Below, one piece after another: positions 1-11,239 of a stretch of 64,000 nt of DNA; the stretch's first letter is position 1; every line of letters starts with the position of its first letter. The notes below the pieces were generated by a model. That model was not told the origin of the DNA. It did not search any database and saw only the letters and a program-made list of their open reading frames with translations. Source of the stretch: Escherichia coli (lineage in GTDB: Bacteria > Pseudomonadota > Gammaproteobacteria > Enterobacterales > Enterobacteriaceae); the NCBI RefSeq assembly GCF_003334305.1, contig NZ_QOWS01000013.1; one strand, written 5' to 3'. A program made the position numbers and the translations under genes.

Positions 1-108
1 GTAGCGCGGTGGTCCCACCTGACCCCATGCCGAACTCAGAAGTGAAACGCCGTAGCGCCGATGGTAGTGTGGGGTCTCCCCATGCGAGAGTAGGGAACTG
101 CCAGGCAT
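1..108 (+). rRNA. rrfD: 5S rRNA, 3' portion (5' end lies outside window)
   Basis: Sequence matches the E. coli 5S rRNA from about nt 13 to its 3' end (…GGGAACTGCCAGGCAT); followed by tRNA-Thr and a second 5S, as in the distal end of rrnD. Confidence 0.93.
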
Positions 109-120
109 CAAATTTAGCGT

Positions 121-196
121 GCTGATATGGCTCAGTTGGTAGAGCGCACCCTTGGTAAGGGTGAGGTCCCCAGTTCGACTCTGGGTATCAGCACCA
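121..196 (+). tRNA. thrV: tRNA-Thr (anticodon GGU)
   Basis: 76-nt cloverleaf sequence GCTGATATGGCTCAGTTGGTAGAGCGCACCCTTGGTAAGGGTGAGGTCCCCAGTTCGACTCTGGGTATCAGCACCA with encoded CCA end; GGT anticodon in the loop. Confidence 0.95.
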
Positions 197-233
197 CTTT
201 TTAGGTTAAAGTTCGGCAGATTAGAAAAGAATT

Positions 234-353
234 TGTCTGGCGGCAGTAGCGCGGTGGTCCCACCTGACCCCATGCCGAACTCAGAAGTGAAACGCCGTAG
301 CGCCGATGGTAGTGTGGGGTCTCCCCATGCGAGAGTAGGGAACTGCCAGGCAT
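234..353 (+). rRNA. rrfF: 5S rRNA, complete 120 nt
   Basis: Second full-length 5S copy (TGTCTGGCGGCAGTAGCGCGG…CCAGGCAT) directly downstream of tRNA-Thr. Confidence 0.95.
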
Positions 354-364
354 CAAATAAAACG

Positions 365-399
365 AAAGGCTCAGTCGAAAGACTGGGCCTTTCGTTTTA
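365..399 (+). terminator. rrn T1-like rho-independent terminator
   Basis: GC-rich hairpin AGGCTCAGTCGAAAGACTGGGCCT followed by a T-rich tract, immediately 3' of the 5S rRNA. Confidence 0.8.
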
Positions 400-533
400 T
401 CTGTTGTTTGTCGGTGAACGCTCTCCTGAGTAGGACAAATCCGCCGGGAGCGGATTTGAACGTTGCGAAGCAACGGCCCGGAGGGTGGCGGGCAGGACGC
501 CCGCCATAAACTGCCAGACATCAAATCAAGCGA

Positions 534-568
534 AAGGCCATCCGAAAGGATGGCCTTTTTGCTTTTCG
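534..568. terminator. rrn T2-like hairpin terminator, also placed to terminate convergent yhdZ
   Basis: Hairpin AAAGGCCATCCGAAAGGATGGCCTTTTTGCTTTT; A-run on one side and T-run on the other, located between the rrn 3' end and the yhdZ stop. Confidence 0.75.
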
Positions 569-581
569 AACTAACATTCAA

Positions 582-1340
582 TTAATGGATTACCTGCGAT
601 AAAAATGCCCTCGTACGCTCTGATTTAGGATGCGCAAAAAATTCATCAGGTGCAGCTTGTTCCACTATCTCCCCACGATCCATAAAAATTACCCGGTCAG
701 CGACGGTACGTGCAAACCCCATCTCATGTGTTACACACAACATTGTCATACCCGACTGCGCCAGCCCAATCATCGTATCCAGCACCTCTTTCACCATCTC
801 CGGATCGAGCGCCGACGTTGGCTCATCAAACAACATAATTTTCGGCTTCATACACAGCGAACGCGCAATGGCAACGCGTTGCTGCTGACCACCAGAAATT
901 TGTCCGGGAAACTTATGCGCATGTTCGGCAATTCTCACCCGCTCAAGGTAATGCATCGCCAGAGCTTCAGCCTCTTTCTTTGGCATCTTGCGTACCCAAA
1001 TCGGTGCCAGGGTACAGTTCTGTAGAACGGTCAGATGAGGGAAGAGATTGAAATGCTGAAAGACCATTCCCACTTCCTGCCGGACGCGCTCAATATTGCG
1101 GATATCTTCATTAAGTTCGATGCCATCTACCACGATCCGTCCCTGTTGATGTTCTTCCAGATGATTAATACAACGAATGGTTGTCGATTTACCGGAACCT
1201 GAAGGGCCACACAGAACGATCCGTTCTCCCGGTTGCACGGTTAAATTTATATTTTTCAAAACATGGAATTGTCCATACCATTTATTGACGTTTTCCAGCG
1301 TAATCATCGCGTTAGCAGGTTGCAGTAAAATTTGGCTCAT
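582..1340 (-). CDS. yhdZ: Polar amino-acid ABC transporter ATP-binding protein
   Basis: 252-aa ORF with Walker [10 protein letters not shown] and ABC signature [13 protein letters not shown]; last gene of the yhdWXYZ cluster. Confidence 0.93.
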   Translation of the reverse strand: MSQILLQPANAMITLENVNKWYGQFHVLKNINLTVQPGERIVLCGPSGSGKSTTIRCINHLEEHQQGRIVVDGIELNEDIRNIERVRQEVGMVFQHFNLFPHLTVLQNCTLAPIWVRKMPKKEAEALAMHYLERVRIAEHAHKFPGQISGGQQQRVAIARSLCMKPKIMLFDEPTSALDPEMVKEVLDTMIGLAQSGMTMLCVTHEMGFARTVADRVIFMDRGEIVEQAAPDEFFAHPKSERTRAFLSQVIH

Positions 1341-1347
1341 AGTGTCC

Positions 1348-2454
1348 TCAATGCGGTGTACGCCCGGTGTTAAAACGTTTTTCCAGATGCTGGCTATAGC
1401 GCGACATGCTGAAACAGAAGATCCAGTAGATCAGCGCGGCGAAAACATACCCTTCCGTCGACATACCCAACCAGGTGGGATCAACGGTTGCCTGCTGAAC
1501 GCTACTGAAAAGATCGAACAACCCGATAATGATCACCAGGCTGGTATCTTTGAAGAGTGCGATGATGGTATTTACCAGCCCAGGAATTACCAGCTTCAAC
1601 GCCTGTGGCAGAATAACCAGCCCCTGAGTTTTCCAGTAACCCAACGCCAGCGACTCTGCCGCTTCATATTGCCCTTTAGGCAGCGCCTGTAATCCGCCTC
1701 GCACGACTTCCGCAACATATGCTGACTGAAACAGGATCACGCCAACCAGCGCGCGGATCAGTTTGTCGATATTGGTGCCTTCTGCCATAAACAAAGGCAG
1801 CATGACCGAAGACATAAACAATACGGTAATCAGCGGTACGCCGCGCCAGAACTCGATAAAAATGACCGATAAGATACGCACAATCGGCATATGGGAGCGG
1901 CGACCTAACGCCAGTAAGATCCCCCACGGTAGCGCCCCCGCAATCCCAACGGATGCAATAATTAAAGTTAGCGTCAGCCCGCCCCATTGCCGGGTTTCAA
2001 CCCGCTCCAGACCAAAAAAACCGCCATACATCAGCCACCAGACAATCAGTGGGTAAATCACCGCCCAGACCGCAATATAGCGACCGCGATGCGGGAGTAT
2101 TTTCCAGAACATTGGTGCGATTGACACAAGGCCAATCAGTAATGCCAGGTTAATTCGCCAGCGTTGGTCGTGTGGGTAAAGTCCATACATAAACTGACCA
2201 AATCGTTCGTGGATGAAGACCCAACAGGCACCGGCTTTTGTGCAGTCGGCACGCGTTGAGCCAACCCAATTAGCCTGCAAAAATGCCCAGTTCAGCAACG
2301 GTGGGATCAGTTCCCACATCAACCATATGCAGCCAATAGTCAGCAGGCTATTGCTCCAGCTGGAGAACAGATTTTTTCGCACCCACACCATCGCGCGGCT
2401 TGAGTTATGGCTCGCTGGGCGCGAGGGCTGAGACAGCAATACTTTTGTCATCAT
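1348..2454 (-). CDS. yhdY: Amino-acid ABC transporter permease
   Basis: 368-aa multi-helix hydrophobic ORF between yhdX and yhdZ; start may be the second Met (MMTK…). Confidence 0.9.
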   Translation of the reverse strand: MMTKVLLSQPSRPASHNSSRAMVWVRKNLFSSWSNSLLTIGCIWLMWELIPPLLNWAFLQANWVGSTRADCTKAGACWVFIHERFGQFMYGLYPHDQRWRINLALLIGLVSIAPMFWKILPHRGRYIAVWAVIYPLIVWWLMYGGFFGLERVETRQWGGLTLTLIIASVGIAGALPWGILLALGRRSHMPIVRILSVIFIEFWRGVPLITVLFMSSVMLPLFMAEGTNIDKLIRALVGVILFQSAYVAEVVRGGLQALPKGQYEAAESLALGYWKTQGLVILPQALKLVIPGLVNTIIALFKDTSLVIIIGLFDLFSSVQQATVDPTWLGMSTEGYVFAALIYWIFCFSMSRYSQHLEKRFNTGRTPH

Positions 2455-2460
2455 GACTCC

Positions 2461-3642
2461 TTAGCGTTCAACGATCGCGATGCGGCGGTTATAGATATTC
2501 ATCAGCAGCGAGATAGTCAGGCTGATAATCAGATAGACCGACATGGTCATGGCTATCGTCTCGATGGCTTGCCCCGTCTGGTTCAGCACGGTGCCAGCAA
2601 ACAGCGAAACCATATCGGGATAGCCAATAGCGGCGGCAAGAGAGGAGTTTTTGACGATGTTGAGATACTGGCTGGTTAACGGCGGAATAATCACTCGCAG
2701 TGCCTGGGGAATAATGACCTGGCGTAGCGTAACCGGGTTGGGTAATCCCAGTGACCGAGCCGCTTCATGTTGACCATAAGGCACTGCCTGGATCCCAGCG
2801 CGGATAATCTCGGCGATAAATGCAGATGTATAAACCGAAAGTGCCAGCGTTAAGGCTGCCAGTTCAGGAATTAAAACCATCCCGCCGCGGAAGTTAAAGC
2901 CTCGTAGGGCTGGGACATCCCAGTGTAGTGCTGCGCCAAAAAGCCATTGCGCCAGTAAAGGCAAACCAATGATCAACACTGCGGCGATCGGCCAGGTGCG
3001 GCGCAGTTGTCCGGTCTTTATCTGGTATGTTTTATTAAAGCGGAATAGCCCAACAGAAAGGACTATAGCCATAACAACAGCCAGGATAAACGCAATAAAT
3101 CCGTCTCCCAGCTGCGGTGACGGAATATAAAGCCCACGATTGCTCAAAAAGGCCAGATCAAACGCGCTCACAGCCTGGCGTGGTCCGGGCAAATTGCGCA
3201 ACACGGCAAAGTACCAGAAGAAGATTTGCAGCAGCGGGGGAATATTACGGAAGATCTCAATATAAATTGTGGATAGTTTTCGTAGCAGCCAGTTATCCGA
3301 AAGTCTCGCCAGACCGATAAAGAAGCCTAAAACAGAAGCGAACACAATACACAATGCAGAAACCAGTAGCGTATTGAGTAAGCCGACAATAAAAACGCGT
3401 CCGTAGGTGTCGCCCTGCTGGTAATCGATCAAATGCTGGACAATACCGAAGCCAGCGCCGCGATCCAGAAAGGCAAAACCTGAAGTAATGCCACGATTAT
3501 TGAGATTCGTTACAGTGTTGTGAAATAACCAACCAACAATGCCGACAACAGCAACAACGGCAAGGATCTGGAATAACCAGGCGCGAACCGTAGGGTTGGC
3601 AAAAGAGAGTGAGCCTTTAACGGTTGAGCGGCGATGAGACAT
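2461..3642 (-). CDS. yhdX: Amino-acid ABC transporter permease
   Basis: Hydrophobic permease ORF; track ORF (to 3660) trimmed to internal Met MSHRRSTVKG… matching the ~393-aa protein as I recall it. Confidence 0.88.
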   Translation of the reverse strand: MSHRRSTVKGSLSFANPTVRAWLFQILAVVAVVGIVGWLFHNTVTNLNNRGITSGFAFLDRGAGFGIVQHLIDYQQGDTYGRVFIVGLLNTLLVSALCIVFASVLGFFIGLARLSDNWLLRKLSTIYIEIFRNIPPLLQIFFWYFAVLRNLPGPRQAVSAFDLAFLSNRGLYIPSPQLGDGFIAFILAVVMAIVLSVGLFRFNKTYQIKTGQLRRTWPIAAVLIIGLPLLAQWLFGAALHWDVPALRGFNFRGGMVLIPELAALTLALSVYTSAFIAEIIRAGIQAVPYGQHEAARSLGLPNPVTLRQVIIPQALRVIIPPLTSQYLNIVKNSSLAAAIGYPDMVSLFAGTVLNQTGQAIETIAMTMSVYLIISLTISLLMNIYNRRIAIVER

Positions 3643-3709
3643 AGAAACCTCGGAAAGCATAACGCTGAAGAGAGCGCCGCCGTAGCGACGCCCGTTACCT
3701 CACACCGAC

Positions 3710-4735
3710 TTAACGCACGGGCGGCGCGTACTGAATACCGCCGTTATTCCAGAGATTATTTTGCCCACGTTTAATTTTCAGCGGGCTTTCTGAACCTACG
3801 TTACGCTCGAAAATTTCCGAGTAGTTACCCACCTGTTTGATGATGTTATAGGCCCATTTATTATCCAGCTTCAGATCCTTGCCGTAATCGCCTTCTTTAC
3901 CCAGCAGATGTGCCATATCAGGCGTTGCTGGATTAGCCGCTTTTTCATCGACGTTCTGGGAATTGATGCCCATCTCTTCAGCATTCAGCATGGCGAAAAG
4001 CGTCCAGCGTACAATCGAGAACCATTCATCATCGCCACGACGAACTGCCGGCCCAAGCGGTTCTTTAGAGATAACCTCCGGTAAGACAATCCATTCAGCT
4101 GGGTTGCTTAATTTGATGCGCAGGGCATACAGTTGCGACTGATCCGAGGCCAGCGTATCGCAGCGACCAGATTCCAGTGCCTTCGCTGATTCGTCAGAGC
4201 GATCGAAAGTCACCGGTGTGTACTTCATATTGTTTGCCTTGAAATAGTCGGCAACGTTGAGTTCGGTATCAGTACCCGCCTGAATACAGACGGTAGCGCC
4301 ATCCAGTTCTTTCGCGCTTTTTAGCCCCGCTTTATCGTGCGTCAGGAAGCCAATGCCGTCGTAATAAGTGACGCCGGTAAATGCCATTCCCATCCCGGCA
4401 TCGCGAGATGAAGTCCAGGTCGTATTACGGGAGAGCAAATCCACTTCCCCTGACTGTAAAGCGGTGAAGCGTTCTTTTGCTGTGAGTGGGGTATATTTCA
4501 CTTTCGTGTCGTCACCAAATACAGCAGCGGCAACACCACGACAAACATCAACATCAATACCTGAAAACTTACCGTCTGCATCGGCATAAGAGAACCCAGG
4601 TAATCCATCACTGATCCCGCATTGCACAAAACCTTTTTTCTGAACGGCATCAAGCGTCGCGCCAGCATGCGCCTGATTTGCAACGGCAAGCAGCACGCTG
4701 GCGGCAGCCAGTGTGGCTATCATCATCTTTTTCAT
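3710..4735 (-). CDS. yhdW: Periplasmic amino-acid binding protein of ABC transporter
   Basis: 341-aa ORF with N-terminal signal peptide (MKKMMIATLAAASVLLAVANQAHA); first gene of yhdWXYZ. Confidence 0.92.
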   Translation of the reverse strand: MKKMMIATLAAASVLLAVANQAHAGATLDAVQKKGFVQCGISDGLPGFSYADADGKFSGIDVDVCRGVAAAVFGDDTKVKYTPLTAKERFTALQSGEVDLLSRNTTWTSSRDAGMGMAFTGVTYYDGIGFLTHDKAGLKSAKELDGATVCIQAGTDTELNVADYFKANNMKYTPVTFDRSDESAKALESGRCDTLASDQSQLYALRIKLSNPAEWIVLPEVISKEPLGPAVRRGDDEWFSIVRWTLFAMLNAEEMGINSQNVDEKAANPATPDMAHLLGKEGDYGKDLKLDNKWAYNIIKQVGNYSEIFERNVGSESPLKIKRGQNNLWNNGGIQYAPPVR

Positions 4736-5165
4736 AATGCTTCCTGTGAGGCGAAAATTATCGTTATAGGACGTTTGGGAAACGTCTTTTACCTGTCTGT
4801 GGCCATCCTCTTATAAGCAAAAGTAGTGCCAGCTTTTGCGCCCGATTTCGCGTCGCAATAAGCTGAGTGTAGACAGGAAATAATAAAAACAGCGCCCCGC
4901 AATGGTGCGAAAATGAAACATGCGCCACATTTTGGCGCAAAATATTTACGCGTGTTTTACTAAGCAGAATAATGATTGTTAGCGTGAGTATATTTCTGGT
5001 GGGAAGTGTGAAAGTTAAATTGATGCGTTATTTCGAAAGCAGCGAAATAACGCGATATAACATGCTAAATCAGCAGAGAATTAGCCAGCAGAATATAGCA
5101 ATATTTTATCTTATGTAAAGATACTGTATCGTTAAACAGAGCGCGAAACTCCGCGCCCTGTTCAG

Positions 5166-5387
5166 TTATTTCGACAGAGCGATGATCCCCATCGTCAGGC
5201 CAGCAACAGCCGCTGCCCCGCCAGCAATAGCCCCAGCCGTTTCCCAGTTATCCTGAGTCGTGCCTTTCATACAGGTATTGGTGTGAACCAGACGACCCTG
5301 ATCGTCATAAACCGGAACGCAGGGCGAATCGTGAGCACAGCCCGCCAGCAATGCGGTGAGCAATGCCACAGGAATTAATCTTTTCAT
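5166..5387 (-). CDS. yhdV: Small lipoprotein
   Basis: 73-aa ORF with lipobox LLAGC after a signal peptide and a Gly/Ala-rich C-terminus; sits between acrF and yhdW. Confidence 0.85.
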   Translation of the reverse strand: MKRLIPVALLTALLAGCAHDSPCVPVYDDQGRLVHTNTCMKGTTQDNWETAGAIAGGAAAVAGLTMGIIALSK

Positions 5388-5639
5388 GGTGTTACCTCAG
5401 TAATAAACGCTAACGCTTAATAAGTTAACTCTCTTATTAACGAGCTGAATGCCATTTTATCACCGGAGGTTATAAATCTTGCGGAATGAATAATGACAAA
5501 TTATGTGAATTGTAAAAATAGTGAAGGGAGCGGGAACTATAGAAAGCTTTTAAAGAGTGAGCAGAAGAATATCTTATTAATTTTTATGGGTTTCACTGGA
5601 AATAATAAAGGCACCCGAAAGCGCCTTTATGTTTCTGAT

Positions 5640-8600
5640 TTATCCTTTAAAGCAACGGCGGATCACCACAAAGAACACCGGTACGAAGAAGATTGCCAGC
5701 AACGTTGCAGAGACCATTCCTCCCATTACCCCGATACCCACAGCGTTCTGCGCGCCACTGCCGGCACCGTTACTGATAGCTAGCGGTAATACGCCGAGAA
5801 TAAAGGCGAGAGAGGTCATCAGGATAGGACGCAGACGCATACGTACTGCCATCAGTGTCGCTTCAACAACACCTTTACCCTCTTTCTCCATGAGATCTTT
5901 AGCGAACTCAACAATCAAAATAGCGTTTTTGGCCGACAAGCCAATTGTCGTTAGCAAGCCCACCATAAAGTAGACGTCATTTTTTTGATTAAAGAGTGTT
6001 GCCGCCAGTAGCACGCCGACAATCCCTAACGGCACTACCAACATAACCGAGACAGGAATTGACCAGCTTTCATAGAGTGCAGCAAGGCACAGGAAAACAA
6101 CCACAAAGGAAATTGCTACCAGAGCGGGAGCCTGGTTTCCCGATAAGCGTTCCTGATACGACATACCCGTCCAGTCATAACCAATGCCCGCAGGTAATTT
6201 TGACGCAAGGTTTTCCATCAACGCCATGGCATCGCCGGAACTGGTTCCTGGCGCGGCTTCCCCCTGAATCTCCATTGACGGCAGACCGTTGTAGCGTTCC
6301 AGTCGCGGAGAGCCATACACCCAATGTGAAGTGGTAAAGGCCGAGAATGGCACCATTTCGCCGTTGGCGCTGCGGACATAAAGTTTATCGACATCTTCTG
6401 GCAGCATACGGAATTTGGCATCCGCCTGAACATACACCTTTTTCACGCGACCACGGTCGATGAAGTCGTTAACGTAAGTCCCACCCAACGCCGTTGAAAT
6501 GGTCTGATTGATGTCAGAAAGTGAAACACCTAATGCCTGCGCCTTTTCCTGGTCAACTTCCAGTTTAAACTGCGCGGTGTCTTCCAGGCCATTAGGACGC
6601 ACGCTGACTAAGCTGGCAGGATGTTGCGCCGCCATGCCAAGCAACTGGTTACGGGCCTGGGTCAGGGCATCGTGACCCAGCCCAGCCTGATCAATTAACT
6701 CAAAGTCGAAACCCGTTGCCGTGCCCAGTTCAACAATGGCTGGCATATTGAATGGAATGACAAAACCGTCGCGGATCTTGCCCAATTCCATTTTGGCACG
6801 ATGGATTACCGCTTCCGCACTGTTTTCATCACTATTACGCTCTTCCCACGGTTTCAGACTGACGAAGGCCATACCGGCGTTTTGTGCCTGGCCGCTGAAG
6901 CTAAAGCCGTTAACCGTAAAGACACTTTCAACGTTCGCTTTCTCGTTCTTCAGATAGTAATCCGTCACTTGATCCAACACTTTTTGCGTCCGCTCTTGCG
7001 TCGCGCCAGCGGGTAACTGAATCATGGTCAGAAAGACACCCTGATCCTCTTCAGGTAAGAAGGAAGACGGAAGACGTAAAAACAACACCACCATTCCTGC
7101 AACAATCAGCGCATAGATCAGTAAATATCGTCCTGTGGAACCGAGGATTTTGCCGACGCTGTTGGTGTAGTGGTTAACGCTATGATCGAAGGTGGTATTA
7201 AACCAGCCGAAGAAACCACCCTTATTTTCGTGATGCTCAGCTGAGGTGGGTTTGAGCAGTGTTGCACATAACGCAGGGGTAAGAATCAATGCCACCAGAA
7301 CAGAAAGCGCCATTGCCGAAACGATGGTGATAGAGAACTGGCGATAAATTGCCCCAGTAGAACCGCCGAAGAATGCCATCGGAATAAATACCGCTGACAG
7401 CACCATCGCGATACCCACCAGTGCGCCCTGAATTTGCGACATCGATTTTTCCGTCGCTTCTTTTGGCGGGAGCTTATCCTCCATCATCACGCGCTCGACG
7501 TTCTCCACCACCACTATCGCATCATCGACGAGCAGCCCGATGGCAAGCACCATCCCGAACATCGTTAGTGTGTTGATGGAGTAACCAAAAGCGGCGAGGA
7601 TGGCAAACGTCCCTAATAACACCACGGGTACCGCAATGGTGGGGATCAGCGTTGCTCGCATATTCTGCAAGAACAGATACATCACCAGGAACACCAGCAT
7701 AATGGCTTCGAACAGCGTTTTTACCACTTCGTGAATAGAAAGCTGGACGAATGGCGTGGTGTCATAAGGGTAGAGAACCTTCATTCCCTGCGGGAAGAAT
7801 GGCTGTAATTCCGCCAGTTTTGCCTTAATGGCTTTCGCGGTATCGAGAGCATTCGCGCCGGTTGCCAGCTTAATCCCCAGGCCCGCCGCCGGTTTTCCGT
7901 TGATACGAGCGATAACGTTATAGTTTTCACCGCCAAGTTCAACTCGTGCGACATCTTTCAGGCGTACCACCGAGCCGTCACTGTTTACGCGCAGGGTTAC
8001 TTTGCCGAATTCTTCCGGATTTTTTAACCGCGTCTGAGCAATAATTGAGGCGTTCAACTGTTGCCCTGGTAACGCTGGCGTTCCGCCCAACTGTCCGGCA
8101 GCGATCTGATCGTTCTGTGCCTTCAACTGGTTAATCACATCAACCGGTGTCAGTTTATATTTGTTTAGCAGATCGGCGTCCAGCCAGATACGCATCGCAT
8201 ACTGTGCGCCGAAAAGCTGTACGTCACCGACGCCATTCAGACGGCTAAGCGTATCTTTAACGTTAGAGGCCACATAGTCCGAGATATCGTCCTGTGTGGT
8301 GTCTGGGTTATCAGAGACAAAGCCCGCCACCATCAAATAGCTGCTACTGGACTTTTCAACACTGATCCCCTGCTGCTGAACCTCCTGCGGCAGCAACGGC
8401 GTGGCGAGCTGGAGTTTGTTCTGCACCTGCACTTGCGCGATATCAGGATCGGTCCCGGACTGGAAGGTAAGGGTAATTGTCACGCTACCGGCGGAATCGC
8501 TGGTGGAGGACATATACATCAGGTTATCGATACCGTTCATATTCTGTTCGATAACCTGCGTCACCGTATCCTGCACGGTCTGCGCATCAGCGCCCGGATA

Positions 8601-8744
8601 GTTTGCTGAAACAGAAACCGCAGGCGGTGCAATGGTTGGATACTGAGCGACGGGTAATTGTAGGATCGCCAGTGCGCCCGCCATCATCAGAATAATGGCC
8701 AGCACCCATGCAAATATCGGTCGTCGAATAAAAAAGTTTGCCAT
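5640..8744 (-). CDS. acrF: RND multidrug efflux pump, inner-membrane transporter
   Basis: 1034-aa [26 protein letters not shown]… typical AcrB/AcrF RND transporter; downstream of acrE. Confidence 0.96.
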   Translation of the reverse strand: MANFFIRRPIFAWVLAIILMMAGALAILQLPVAQYPTIAPPAVSVSANYPGADAQTVQDTVTQVIEQNMNGIDNLMYMSSTSDSAGSVTITLTFQSGTDPDIAQVQVQNKLQLATPLLPQEVQQQGISVEKSSSSYLMVAGFVSDNPDTTQDDISDYVASNVKDTLSRLNGVGDVQLFGAQYAMRIWLDADLLNKYKLTPVDVINQLKAQNDQIAAGQLGGTPALPGQQLNASIIAQTRLKNPEEFGKVTLRVNSDGSVVRLKDVARVELGGENYNVIARINGKPAAGLGIKLATGANALDTAKAIKAKLAELQPFFPQGMKVLYPYDTTPFVQLSIHEVVKTLFEAIMLVFLVMYLFLQNMRATLIPTIAVPVVLLGTFAILAAFGYSINTLTMFGMVLAIGLLVDDAIVVVENVERVMMEDKLPPKEATEKSMSQIQGALVGIAMVLSAVFIPMAFFGGSTGAIYRQFSITIVSAMALSVLVALILTPALCATLLKPTSAEHHENKGGFFGWFNTTFDHSVNHYTNSVGKILGSTGRYLLIYALIVAGMVVLFLRLPSSFLPEEDQGVFLTMIQLPAGATQERTQKVLDQVTDYYLKNEKANVESVFTVNGFSFSGQAQNAGMAFVSLKPWEERNSDENSAEAVIHRAKMELGKIRDGFVIPFNMPAIVELGTATGFDFELIDQAGLGHDALTQARNQLLGMAAQHPASLVSVRPNGLEDTAQFKLEVDQEKAQALGVSLSDINQTISTALGGTYVNDFIDRGRVKKVYVQADAKFRMLPEDVDKLYVRSANGEMVPFSAFTTSHWVYGSPRLERYNGLPSMEIQGEAAPGTSSGDAMALMENLASKLPAGIGYDWTGMSYQERLSGNQAPALVAISFVVVFLCLAALYESWSIPVSVMLVVPLGIVGVLLAATLFNQKNDVYFMVGLLTTIGLSAKNAILIVEFAKDLMEKEGKGVVEATLMAVRMRLRPILMTSLAFILGVLPLAISNGAGSGAQNAVGIGVMGGMVSATLLAIFFVPVFFVVIRRCFKG

Positions 8745-8755
8745 GTCAGATTACC

Positions 8756-9913
8756 TTACTTCGATGCAGTATCTGCGGGGGTATCGGTAGTGGCTTTAAC
8801 CTGCTCTCCCGGACGCGCTTTTTGCAGGCTGCTGACAATGACTTGATCGCCAGATTTCAGACCTTCGCTAATCAACCATTTATCGCCAATCGCCTGACTG
8901 GCAACGACAGGGCGCGCTTCCACCTGACTTTTATCGTTAACAATCAGCACGGTTGCATCACCACGCGGTGTGCGGCTAACGCCTTGTTGCGGGATAAGAA
9001 TGGCGTCAGGTTGGACGCCTTCATCAATCCGTGCGCGCACAAACATACCCGGCAAAAGCGTATGTTGCGGGTTAGGGAAGACGGCACGTAGGGTTATGGA
9101 GCCGGTGCTTTCATCAACGGTCACATCAGAGAATTGCAGCGTACCTTTCAGGGGATAGGTTTGACCGTTTTCCATGACCAACTCTACGTTGCTGGTGGCG
9201 TTTTCCTTATGCAAATTTCCTTGCTCTACGGATTGCTTCAGCCTCATAAAATCGTTGCTGGATTGGGTCACATCAACGTAGATAGGATCGAGCTGCTGGA
9301 CAGTCGCCAGTTCAGTCGTTTGCCCATTAGTGACAAGAGCGCCTTCGGTCACGGTCGATTTGCCGATACGTCCGCTAATTGGCGCAGTCACTTTGGTATA
9401 AGCGAGATTGATGCGAGCGCTTTCGACTGTGGCTTTTGCGGCAATCACGGCGGCATCGGCCTGGCGAGCATCAGCAATGGCCTGGTCGTACTCCTGCTGG
9501 CTGATGTATTTCGTACCCACGAGCGGAACGTAACGTTTTACCGTCAAATGCGCGATGGCGGCGGCGGCTTCACTTTTCGCCAGTTCGCCTTTCGCGCTGT
9601 CATAATTTGCCTGATAGGTCGCGGGATCGATCTGGTACAGGGACTGGCCTGCTTGTACATCGCTGCCTTCAGTGAAATTACGATTCAGTACGATCCCGCT
9701 AACCTGTGGGCGAACTTCGGCTATACGGTAAGCATTGGTGCGGCCTGGTAATTCAGTCTTAACTTCTAACGGGGCCGTTTTCACAATATGAACGGTAACC
9801 TGCGGTTCACCGACGTGAGCTTTCTCTTCTCCCTTATCGTTACAACCGGCGATTAAAGCCGCGGAGATCAGAATAAAGGAGGGCAGGAGGAAAAACCTGG
9901 CATGTTTCGTCAT
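8756..9913 (-). CDS. acrE: RND efflux periplasmic adaptor (membrane fusion) lipoprotein
   Basis: 385-aa ORF with lipobox LIAGC; AcrA-like adaptor immediately upstream of acrF. Confidence 0.95.
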   Translation of the reverse strand: MTKHARFFLLPSFILISAALIAGCNDKGEEKAHVGEPQVTVHIVKTAPLEVKTELPGRTNAYRIAEVRPQVSGIVLNRNFTEGSDVQAGQSLYQIDPATYQANYDSAKGELAKSEAAAAIAHLTVKRYVPLVGTKYISQQEYDQAIADARQADAAVIAAKATVESARINLAYTKVTAPISGRIGKSTVTEGALVTNGQTTELATVQQLDPIYVDVTQSSNDFMRLKQSVEQGNLHKENATSNVELVMENGQTYPLKGTLQFSDVTVDESTGSITLRAVFPNPQHTLLPGMFVRARIDEGVQPDAILIPQQGVSRTPRGDATVLIVNDKSQVEARPVVASQAIGDKWLISEGLKSGDQVIVSSLQKARPGEQVKATTDTPADTASK

Positions 9914-10311
9914 TACTATTCCTCAAAAAACCAAAAGCGCGTTATTTACCCAGAAAGGCAACGCGTTAACTCGCAGAAAGAAAAATACAGTTTGCTATCC
10001 TACAAATTATCATTCGTCGATGTAAGGAATAGTTATGAATACTGGCGTCTCAAGGCACATAAACACAAAAAAAGATTAATATTCTACTGTTTTATTTTGA
10101 CGCGGGTTGAAAGAGGCAGAATTAAAACCTCGTAAATTGAAATATATATTCATGTGGCGAATGTATTTTAGGTAAATAATATATATTATTTATTTGACGA
10201 TTTATAGCAACTCAATATTAGCCTCTCGTATAAATACACATTAGGTGATAGATTAACCTTCGCTATTTTCTCACTCTGTGTCGAATATATTTATTTCCTG
10301 AATAATTAATC

Positions 10312-10974
10312 ATGGCAAAAAGAACCAAAGCCGAAGCTCTGAAGACCCGGCAAGAACTGATTGAAACTGCCATCGCCCAGTTTGCGCAGCATGGCGTAAG
10401 CAAGACGACACTCAACGACATTGCCGACGCTGCTAACGTTACGCGTGGCGCTATCTACTGGCACTTCGAAAACAAGACTCAACTGTTTAATGAGATGTGG
10501 TTGCAACAGCCTTCATTGCGGGAGTTAATCCAGGAACACTTGACGGCTGGATTAGAGCATGACCCGTTTCAACAATTGCGTGAAAAATTGATTGTCGGCT
10601 TGCAATATATTGCCAAAATTCCCCGCCAGCAGGCGTTGCTGAAAATCTTATATCACAAATGTGAATTTAATGATGAGATGCTGGCCGAGGGAGTGATACG
10701 CGAAAAGATGGGCTTCAATCCGCAGACTCTCCGCGAAGTATTGCAGGCGTGTCAGCAACAAGGTTGTGTAGCAAATAACCTCGATTTAGATGTTGTGATG
10801 ATTATTATTAATGGTGCCTTCAGCGGAATTGTTCAAAACTGGTTAATGAATATGGCGGGTTATGATCTTTATAAACAAGCCCCCGCTCTGGTCGATAACG
10901 TATTAAGAATGTTCATGCCAGATGAAAACATAACGAAATTAATTCATCAAACGAATGAATTAAGTGTCATGTAA
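10312..10974 (+). CDS. acrS: TetR-family repressor of acrEF/acrAB
   Basis: 220-aa ORF with N-terminal TetR HTH (…TRQELIETAIAQFAQHGVSKTTLNDIADAANVTRGAIYWHF…), divergent from acrE. Confidence 0.94.
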   Translation: MAKRTKAEALKTRQELIETAIAQFAQHGVSKTTLNDIADAANVTRGAIYWHFENKTQLFNEMWLQQPSLRELIQEHLTAGLEHDPFQQLREKLIVGLQYIAKIPRQQALLKILYHKCEFNDEMLAEGVIREKMGFNPQTLREVLQACQQQGCVANNLDLDVVMIIINGAFSGIVQNWLMNMAGYDLYKQAPALVDNVLRMFMPDENITKLIHQTNELSVM

Positions 10975-10976
10975 AT

Positions 10977-11156
10977 TCACATTCTGTCCTGAAAATTCAG
11001 TTCGTCACAGTTAACCAGTTTTAGTGGATTAACTGAGTTCATATTGCGGCATTTGTCTGTTTCTGTTGCCAGCAGTTCAATCCACTGCATCAGTAAAGTA
11101 TCAAACAGAAAAACGAAGACAGCGAAAACGACGAGCCACCAATACTTGCGAATCAT
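10977..11156 (-). CDS. yhdU: Small membrane protein
   Basis: Track ORF trimmed to MIRKYWWLVVFAVFVFLFDTLLMQW… (59 aa) with one TM helix; conserved position between acrS and yhdJ. Confidence 0.75.
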   Translation of the reverse strand: MIRKYWWLVVFAVFVFLFDTLLMQWIELLATETDKCRNMNSVNPLKLVNCDELNFQDRM

Positions 11157-11239
11157 TACCTGAGCCTGTGTATGTTTAACCAAGTCTGGCAGGAAATATA
11201 CACGAAATGAATAATCTGAAAACCAGGCTTACACTTCCT

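Noticed and set aside
152-581. Track ORFs 152-433 (+) and 201-581 (-)
   Set aside because: They lie entirely over tRNA-Thr, the second 5S rRNA and the rrn terminator hairpins; these are structural RNA sequences, not coding.
8738-9751. Plus-strand ORFs of 117 and 205 aa
   Set aside because: Antisense to acrE.
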